From Alphaproteobacteria bacterium (GTDB taxonomy: Bacteria > Pseudomonadota > Alphaproteobacteria > CAAHEQ01 > UBA3637): a DNA stretch of 64,000 nucleotides. Positions 57,286-64,000 of this stretch are shown piece after piece. Made by a program: the position numbers and the translations under genes. The stretch is taken from assembly GCA_045605805.1 (NCBI GenBank), contig JAZUQR010000026.1:11316-75315 (forward strand), written 5' to 3'. The notes beneath the pieces were generated by a model, which did not search any database, was not told the origin of the DNA, and saw nothing but the letters and a program-made list of their open reading frames with translations. Positions within the stretch are counted from its first letter, which is position 1, and each line of letters opens with the position of its first letter.

Positions 57286-58181
57286 AAAAACTTTTGGTGT
57301 TGGTACTGATTTTTATGGGTGGATATTGGGCCTATAAAGCATCAGAGCAACATACAAAAAGATGTTTGTTTGTGCGGGATGGTCAATGTTTTCAATGTCA
57401 CCAACAAGAAACAGTTCCTGTGGCTTACAAAGAAAATTGCACACTGTGTCCTAACCGAAGGGCAGTGTATATTCAAGAAGGTTTAATGCCCGCATGGCAG
57501 TGCGCTGTAAAAGAGAAAGTCGCCGAAACAGCACAGGTTGAAAGAAGTAAAGCAAACTGTCCCTTTAACGCTCCGTTAAAGGATTGGTTGGGTAATTGTT
57601 TTTCTTGTGAAGCGGAAAATCCTGTGCGAGTAGGCGGAAAAAAATCCAAAGAGGTATGTGATAAAAAACGCTATCATTTGCCTGATGGCGTGGCCGAAAA
57701 ATCATTAAAATGCCCTCCGATAGAACAAATAACCGATCCGGAACTCTGTTGGCAGTGCGGGGGTTCTTTGAACCAAAAAGGCTGTGCGTCCAAAGGAAAA
57801 AATCGTTTTTGTGAAACAAATGAAATGTGTCAAGCAAATGAATGGTGCTATCCGTTCAAAATGCCAACCAAAAACAAAAAAGGGGTGTGTGTAAGGCAAA
57901 CAGAAGAAGATTGGATTTTCACCCAAACAGATGGGTATGATTTAGCATCTGTCACTGAGTTTTGTTCTCGTCAAGGAATGCGTTTGCCCATCTTGGAAGA
58001 AATAGAGCAGGCCAAACAAAAACTTTTGGCGCAAGCCCCAAAAACAGATGTGTGGATTTTCTTTAATCCAAACGGTGTTGTGTGGTTAAAATCGTTGGAG
58101 GACGAGTTTATTTTCACCCGAGAAGGTGAATCCGAAAAATTGGGAGGTCATCAATTTTATGGTTTGTGCCATAAAAATTGA
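57282..58181 (+). CDS. Cysteine-rich exported hypothetical protein
   Basis: N-terminal anchor; about 20 Cys; C-terminal FCSRQGMRLP. Confidence 0.75.
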   Translation: MKKLLVLVLIFMGGYWAYKASEQHTKRCLFVRDGQCFQCHQQETVPVAYKENCTLCPNRRAVYIQEGLMPAWQCAVKEKVAETAQVERSKANCPFNAPLKDWLGNCFSCEAENPVRVGGKKSKEVCDKKRYHLPDGVAEKSLKCPPIEQITDPELCWQCGGSLNQKGCASKGKNRFCETNEMCQANEWCYPFKMPTKNKKGVCVRQTEEDWIFTQTDGYDLASVTEFCSRQGMRLPILEEIEQAKQKLLAQAPKTDVWIFFNPNGVVWLKSLEDEFIFTREGESEKLGGHQFYGLCHKN

Positions 58182-59086
58182 AGTTTGCAAGCCACCTCAT
58201 CCACCGAAATATCTTCAATTTTTTCACCCACTAAATTGGTAATATGTGATCCTTTTTGAGCCGAACACGCAGTGATTTTGGCAAACAAAGTAATGGCAGG
58301 AACGCCCGATAATTCGGCCATATGCTGGGGGCCGGTATCATTTCCAACCAGCGCCAAAGCGCCCTCGGCAATTTGTGGAATATCCAAAAGGGCAGACTTG
58401 TTGCAAAAGTTCACAGCCAACGGATTGTCGGCACAAATAGCTTCAATTTCTTTTTTTTCATCATTAGTCCCCAGCACAACAATCGGAATGTGATGAGATG
58501 CCAAAATCTTGCCCAATGTCTGATAAGATTCGGCCGGCCATCTTTTGTATGGATGGGCTGGTGAACACCCTGGCACAAATAAAACATAGCGTTGCGGGAG
58601 TTGTTTTAACACATCCGGATTCGCTTTGCAAAAAGAAAGCGATGGTTTGTTGCCCGAAAAAGGAATATCAAACGCAACACTTTTGCCCCACATAAAAGGC
58701 AATTTTTGGTTTGTTTGTTTCACACAAAGTGACTTTGCTTTGGGTTCTGCCCAACAAAAAGGCTTGCGTGAAAGAAGGCGCCCCAAAGCATAATAGCGTT
58801 GGCGGGTGCGTCGTTGCATTTGAAAATCCAAAATCAAATCGTAGCCACCATAGGCCAATGTTTGGGCTGTTTTGAAATATGCTAATGGACTTTTGACCCG
58901 ATTGTCAATGATGTAATCGTCAAAATATCCGCTGGCTTGGGCAAGTTTTAACAAACCAGCCCCTGTCATCAAAGTAATGTGAGCCTTCGGCCATTTTTCA
59001 CGCACGGCAGACATCAGGCCGGTCATAAAAATAAAATCACCTAACGCCCCAAGTTTAATGATAAGAATCTTTTTGTATTCAGTCAT
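58157..59086 (-). CDS. Glycosyltransferase family 9 (heptosyltransferase-like)
   Basis: IKLGALGD, KRWP, VGNDTGPQHMA. Confidence 0.92.
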   Translation of the reverse strand: MTEYKKILIIKLGALGDFIFMTGLMSAVREKWPKAHITLMTGAGLLKLAQASGYFDDYIIDNRVKSPLAYFKTAQTLAYGGYDLILDFQMQRRTRQRYYALGRLLSRKPFCWAEPKAKSLCVKQTNQKLPFMWGKSVAFDIPFSGNKPSLSFCKANPDVLKQLPQRYVLFVPGCSPAHPYKRWPAESYQTLGKILASHHIPIVVLGTNDEKKEIEAICADNPLAVNFCNKSALLDIPQIAEGALALVGNDTGPQHMAELSGVPAITLFAKITACSAQKGSHITNLVGEKIEDISVDEVACKLQFLWHKP

Positions 59087-59173
59087 AAGTGCAGTATAAA
59101 ACAAAATATATTTTTTTACAATAAAAAAAAGCTCGCCCTAAAAGACGAGCCAGATTTTTTTAAGCACTCAGGC

Positions 59174-59329
59174 TTATTTGCATGGAGCCAAAACTTCAAT
59201 GATGGAAATGCCCAAGAAGGTTTGGTTTTCACACACTTTTTGACCACCGTGATAACCACGAACACCCCAACAAGCAGACAAAGACAACATTGCAGCCACA
59301 GCCAAAGCCATCATAACAACTTTTTTCAT
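59174..59329 (-). CDS. 51-aa lipoprotein MKKVVMMALAVAAMLSLSAC-WGVRGYHGGQKVCENQTFLGISIIEVLAPCK
   Basis: Lipobox LSAC, AAGGAG RBS, downstream GCTCG/CGAGC hairpin with T-run; below ORF-track cutoff. Confidence 0.85.
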   Translation of the reverse strand: MKKVVMMALAVAAMLSLSACWGVRGYHGGQKVCENQTFLGISIIEVLAPCK

Positions 59330-59497
59330 ATTATATTCTCCTTTTTTCTAACGGTAAATACTGTTTTCGTTAAACAGCAAAACCAGCATATAAAAATATG
59401 TACCCCTTGTCAAGCAAAAAATAAAGTTGTCATCTGAATAAAATTATAGCACCCTAAAAGAAAAGGATTCAAATTAAATTCGCTAAGCGGTGCCTAT

Positions 59498-59836
59498 ATG
59501 AGCGCTGCCATTTTCTTTATGTTGATAGTGGCGAATATCAAAGAACAACTGAATAAAAAATGGTTGTTTGGCTATATATTTTTCCAAAGCCTATATTTTG
59601 TCATTTTATTTTTAACTTATGAGGGGCTTTCTTCCATTTTAATCACAACAACTGTGTCTGTTGCCTTGTTCAGTGTTTGGTGGTTGCCTCCGCAAAAAAT
59701 ACGCATTGTGGGGTGTGTCAACGGTTTAACCTATCTGGCCTATCAAATCAGCATTAAAAATTGGGCGGGATTGATTGAGATTTTGATGATTTTAAGTAAT
59801 TGGATATCGTTTTATAAATATAAAAAATCCCAATAA
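59498..59836 (+). pseudogene. YgjV-like inner membrane protein, probably 5'-truncated
   Basis: Resembles the C-terminal part of YgjV (QKIRIVG..YLAYQI); no RBS. Confidence 0.5.
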
Positions 59837-59838
59837 TT

Positions 59839-60045
59839 TTATTTTTCCCAATCGTGATTGGAATCAATGTGATTTTCTTTTTCCCATTGAATATGGGCTT
59901 CACGGGCATGACTAACGGCTGCACAGTTATTATTGACAATGGCAGAAGCCCCCTCTGTGACAATAAAAAAGGATAAATTGTATTGCTTGGCAAGCTCTTT
60001 AACCTGTAAGCAAAATTGTTGTGCCTGTGTCAGTTTTTCCATCAT
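59839..60045 (-). CDS. Small hypothetical protein
   Basis: GAGG RBS; FFIVTEGAS..AVSHAREAHIQWE. Confidence 0.65.
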   Translation of the reverse strand: MMEKLTQAQQFCLQVKELAKQYNLSFFIVTEGASAIVNNNCAAVSHAREAHIQWEKENHIDSNHDWEK

Positions 60046-60179
60046 AACCTCACTTTTTGTGTCAGTATACCGAACAACAAAAGAAATGTCAATAAGTACT
60101 ATATCGCAACGGTTAAAAGTGTACACGCCCATTTGTGATGCAAAAAATCCTTGATGGCTTTTGCCGAGTAAGGGCTTAG

Positions 60180-60395
60180 TTAAATGTGGGGGCTGTGTTG
60201 GCGGTATTGTTGCAACAGTTGGCGCAGGTAGGTGAGGACAAAACTTCTGACCGCACCGGACAGGCCACATTCGCCTTTGCTTTTTTCAATTTTTGAACAC
60301 AGAGCGTGTAAGTTGGTATTTTCTGCGGCACAGATTTCGCTCAGCGAGAGCCAAGTTTCTTTGTCCAATCTCATACTGGTGCGCCGGCCGTTCAC
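60180..60395 (-). CDS. Ribbon-helix-helix domain protein (RHH_4)
   Basis: VNGRRTSMRLDKETW..L.EI..LSGAVRSFVL; start uncertain. Confidence 0.85.
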   Translation of the reverse strand: MNGRRTSMRLDKETWLSLSEICAAENTNLHALCSKIEKSKGECGLSGAVRSFVLTYLRQLLQQYRQHSPHI

Positions 60396-60500
60396 AATTA
60401 CATTTCTGCATATTACAACTAAAAAATAACAAAACTATAAAAATACAACCAAAAGATGTATTGTAACTCTCCTTGAAAAAGAAAGAAATTGCCCCCCCTA

Positions 60501-61010
60501 TTATGAATCATGATTTTTGGGTTCTTTTGGTTCAGGATTCAATTTTTTGATGACATCAGTTGTAATATCTTTACCACCTTTTACAACAAGGTTCTTATCC
60601 AAAATAACTTTGCAACCAGCTTTGGCAGCAACTTCATCAATTAATGCGGTAATTTCTTTATCTATTTCTTGAATCTTCTTGTCGTATTCTTGCTTAATAA
60701 GTTTTTCTTTCTCTTTTGCTAAATCTTTATATTGTTCTGCTAATTTTTGACGTTTTTTCTTTCCTTTTTCGGAACTAATTTCTTTTTCCACACCATCTAA
60801 CCATTTTGACAGTTCATTCAGTTTGATATTATTTTCTTTACGAATGAGCATTAGTTTTTGAGAGTGTCCCACAACTTGTTTCAAATTTACCACTGCTATG
60901 TTAGAAGGGATTAAGATACTCTTAACTCCAAAGCCAATCACAAAAGCCAACATAAGTCCAGAAACAGTTAAAAGATTTTTTTTGTTTAATTTTGTTAAAG
61001 ATATTTTCAT
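60501..61010 (-). CDS. OmpH/Skp-like protein
   Basis: IAVVNL..V, coiled coil, ILDK..VVKGGKDITTDVIKKL. Confidence 0.8.
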   Translation of the reverse strand: MKISLTKLNKKNLLTVSGLMLAFVIGFGVKSILIPSNIAVVNLKQVVGHSQKLMLIRKENNIKLNELSKWLDGVEKEISSEKGKKKRQKLAEQYKDLAKEKEKLIKQEYDKKIQEIDKEITALIDEVAAKAGCKVILDKNLVVKGGKDITTDVIKKLNPEPKEPKNHDS

Positions 61011-61032
61011 GTTTCAAATTCCTATTTAAGAT

Positions 61033-61063
61033 AAAAAAGGGGGGACTGAACCCCAGCCCCCCC
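61033..61063 (-). terminator. Intrinsic terminator of adhesin gene
   Basis: GGGGGGCTG...CAGTCCCCCCC followed by T-run on minus strand. Confidence 0.65.
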
Positions 61064-61076
61064 AGAGTTCTACAGC

Positions 61077-63677
61077 TTAGAATCCAAAAGTCACACCGAC
61101 TTTATAGGACATGCTACTGTTTCCACCGTAACCAACACCAGCATTCAACAATGTACTGTCATTGATGTAGTGGAAAGCACCAACAGCCAAGGCTTGGTTA
61201 GAACCGTAACCACCCAAAGCGGCACTGAGCTGTGTCTTATGTGTATGGTCTAATGGTACCAAACCAGCCAAAGCATTGTTGGCAGCTAAGCCTTTTTCCA
61301 TTTTGTCTTCCAATTTATCAATTCTGCGATCAATTTGTGCAAAACGAGCATTATTGGCCGCTTGTGTAGATGCCATATCAGAACGTACATCACCTAATGC
61401 AGAATCCAACGCATTCAAGTTTTGTCCGACTGTATTAGCAGCTGCAACATATGTGCCATCAGCTGTCGTACCAATTTTGGCATCTACTTCATTGATTGCA
61501 CCAACAACAGTTGTTTTTTCTGTAGTTGTCAAGTTTGACATAATGCCAATGGTGTTATCCAAAGCAACTAAATGGTCTTCAACGGTTGTACCAACAGCCA
61601 AATTACCTTTGTATGTTGTACCATCTATGTTGGTAGATGTAGCTGTTCCATTAAAGCTGCCATCAGAGCCAATCAAACCATGGATTTTACCCATATTGGT
61701 GTCAATACTTTCAATAGCAGCAATCACAGAGCTACCAGCTGTGTAATTTTTACCATCTGTTGCTCCCATTGTGGTTGCAGTAGCAATAGCTGTATCTCGA
61801 GCACTTGCCTCTTGTGCAACTGCATAGGCAACTGAGCCTTCTGTATCTGCACCACCATTCAATGTAGCGATAGCACTTGTGTTTGTCGCAATAGCGCTTG
61901 TATTAGAAGCAACAGCACCGTCAGCTAGCTGTTTCACAGCGTAAGCAACAGAACCACTTGTGTTTTCATCACCGTTCAATGTGGCGATAGCACTTGTGTT
62001 TGTCGCAATAGCGCTTGTATTAGAAGCAACAGCACCATCAGCTAGTTGTTTTACAGCATATGCTACAGAACCACTTGTGTTTTCATCACCATTTAATGTA
62101 GAAATGGCACTTGTGTTTGTCGCAATAGCGCTTGTATTAGAAGCAACAGCACCGTCAGCTAGTTGTTTCACAGCGTAAGCAACAGAACCTGATGTTTCTT
62201 CATCACCATTTAATGTAGCAATAGCACTTGTGTTTGTCGCAATAGCGCTTGTATTAGAAGCAACAGCACCATTTTCAAGTGTATCTGTGTAAGCTTTTGC
62301 ATCAGCCAAAGCTTTTGCCACAGAACCATCTGTATTTGCATCTCCGTTCAACGTAGTGATAGCATCAGTATTTTCAGCAATAGCACTTGCATTTTCATCA
62401 ATCGCATCCTGCATTGTTGTTGCAGTTAAGCCAGATGTTGTATTATCATAAGCAACAGCATTATCAATAGCTCCTTTGATTGAACCACCATCTGCTAAAG
62501 CCACATCAATCTGATCTTGTGTTCTAACATCTAGTGCAGCAGATACAGAAGTATCATAATCATCTACGGCCGCCTTTGCTGTTGTATAATTTCCAACATC
62601 TGTTGAATAATTAGCAAAAGCTGTACTGAATGCACTATTAGCGGCAGTTCTGTTAGCATCGGCCGCTGCGTATGATGTTGTATAATTGCTATAATTTGTT
62701 GTAATGCTTTCTTGTGCTGCTACATCAGTACTATAGGCACTACTAACAGTATTATAATTTGTTGTAGCAGTTGCCAAATTGGCAGCATTAGTTGCTTTCG
62801 CATTATTATAAGCTGTTACATCGTTAGTATATGCTTCAAACTCCAATTTTGCCTGAGCAATAGCCGCCGTCATATCAGCATCATTATCCAAATCACCTTC
62901 AACTGCAGATGTTATGGTATAGCTAGTTCCAGTTTTTACCCAAGAAATAGTTCCAGACTCTGTTGTATCAGCTTTAGTGATGGTAAATGTATAAGCTCCC
63001 TGCTGAGGCATTCCAGCGTCAGAATCACCAGTTACAACTACATCTCCATTATTTTGACTACCAGTTAAAGTAATCGTTTTGGAAAAGTCTGTTAATACAG
63101 GAGCATCATCAGTTAAAGTATGCAGGGTCGGTGTTCCTGTTCCAGTTGTATCTGCCATATATGAATATGTATTTTGCGCAACTGTTGTTGTAGTTGTTAA
63201 ATTACTTCCACTATGAGCAGAAGAACCTGCTTCTGCAGCAATCACAGTAGCAGCCTTATCAAAATCAGAAGTCGTTAAACCCGTTGGTTTTGTATCCAAA
63301 TCTGTCGTATTTCCATCTTGATCTGTAAATTGGAAGGCTGTTTGAGTGAAATCAATAGTGGTATCCCCCAATGTTTTGCCTGCTAATTGAGCATCTGCAG
63401 TACCATCATTATTTGAGTCAAATTCATATTGTGCATATTCATTGGCCCAATCTCCACCACTCACATATTGAGTTCCCAATGTGGTCTCAAAGGAACCATC
63501 TGTATATTCTGTATCATTTAAATCAGCAAGTAACGCTTCCTTTGTTAAAGGAGTATCAGCACTTGCATTTGTCGCAACGATTAAGCCCATTGCCATGGCG
63601 TTTAACAGAAAACATTTCTTCAAAATACTACGGTATTTCGCAGACAGTTCTCTGAGAGTTGTTTTTGAATACTTCAT
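61077..63677 (-). CDS. Trimeric autotransporter adhesin (YadA-like anchor)
   Basis: Extended signal peptide, Ala/Thr/Asn coiled-coil stalk, GLAANNALAGL..SYKVGVTFGF anchor. Confidence 0.92.
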   Translation of the reverse strand: MKYSKTTLRELSAKYRSILKKCFLLNAMAMGLIVATNASADTPLTKEALLADLNDTEYTDGSFETTLGTQYVSGGDWANEYAQYEFDSNNDGTADAQLAGKTLGDTTIDFTQTAFQFTDQDGNTTDLDTKPTGLTTSDFDKAATVIAAEAGSSAHSGSNLTTTTTVAQNTYSYMADTTGTGTPTLHTLTDDAPVLTDFSKTITLTGSQNNGDVVVTGDSDAGMPQQGAYTFTITKADTTESGTISWVKTGTSYTITSAVEGDLDNDADMTAAIAQAKLEFEAYTNDVTAYNNAKATNAANLATATTNYNTVSSAYSTDVAAQESITTNYSNYTTSYAAADANRTAANSAFSTAFANYSTDVGNYTTAKAAVDDYDTSVSAALDVRTQDQIDVALADGGSIKGAIDNAVAYDNTTSGLTATTMQDAIDENASAIAENTDAITTLNGDANTDGSVAKALADAKAYTDTLENGAVASNTSAIATNTSAIATLNGDEETSGSVAYAVKQLADGAVASNTSAIATNTSAISTLNGDENTSGSVAYAVKQLADGAVASNTSAIATNTSAIATLNGDENTSGSVAYAVKQLADGAVASNTSAIATNTSAIATLNGGADTEGSVAYAVAQEASARDTAIATATTMGATDGKNYTAGSSVIAAIESIDTNMGKIHGLIGSDGSFNGTATSTNIDGTTYKGNLAVGTTVEDHLVALDNTIGIMSNLTTTEKTTVVGAINEVDAKIGTTADGTYVAAANTVGQNLNALDSALGDVRSDMASTQAANNARFAQIDRRIDKLEDKMEKGLAANNALAGLVPLDHTHKTQLSAALGGYGSNQALAVGAFHYINDSTLLNAGVGYGGNSSMSYKVGVTFGF
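61820..62365 (-). repeat. 117-bp (39-aa) tandem stalk/neck repeats, about 4 copies plus a degenerate one
   Basis: Core gcacttgtgtttgtcgcaatagcgcttgtattagaagc recurs in units starting 61870, 61987, 62104, 62221. Confidence 0.93.
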
Positions 63678-64000
63678 TAGTATACCTTTCTTTTTAACAT
63701 GTTAATCATAAAGTTATGAAGGTCTATAACGCCTTCGAAAGATATATTACACAAAAGTTCTTTTATGAAATGATTGCCTTCTAGACAATAGAATATGGTA
63801 GTAAATGAATAAGATTCTTTCGTATTTTCAATGGATTATAAAATTTTTCTCTTTTTCTGAAAAATGTTAAAAAAAGTATTTGCAATTTATGGAACTATTT
63901 TTTGCATATGAAATTATTGCTCTTCACAATAAATAATGATGGAAAAACAATCATTGCTCTGATTGTTTTTGCGAAATTATCAATAAGCACTTAGCGAGCA

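Noticed and set aside
61820-62365. Regular repeats as a CRISPR array
   Set aside because: In-frame 117-bp coding repeats without unique spacers; no cas genes

Overview
Chromosomal window from a low-GC alphaproteobacterium; gene order (rpiB-glyA-nrdR-nusB, efp/epmA, FYDLN, RHH_4) and loss of the rib genes suggest a reduced, possibly host-associated lineage (inference). It has three parts. (1) 18-12765: three tandem VirB6/TrbL-like membrane proteins sharing an N-terminal CWxC motif, a divergent 787-aa low-complexity protein, a double-HTH regulator, a secretin-N-like protein and unknowns, with no other T4SS core genes in view. (2) Housekeeping blocks at 12780-28100 and 48722-61010, plus a trimeric autotransporter at 61077-63677. 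(3) An accessory region at about 28180-48727, integrated at the 3' end of tRNA-Ala(CGC), with a perfect 42-bp direct repeat at 29377-29418 and 48686-48727. It holds a broken large serine recombinase, a broken phage-type replication initiator, two lambda-like cos-type sequences with GTGACCAG repeats but no terminase or capsid genes, three copies of an element-specific promoter motif, and two inverted homologous header modules. These modules lead into convergent cargo arms: a NUDIX/HAM1/GNAT/MFS/kinase-ASCH operon, and a type I R-M system with three inserted unknown genes. A stand-alone DpnI-like nuclease and a GNAT/ASCH pair lie at the left end. All family calls come from motif recognition; no database search was run.
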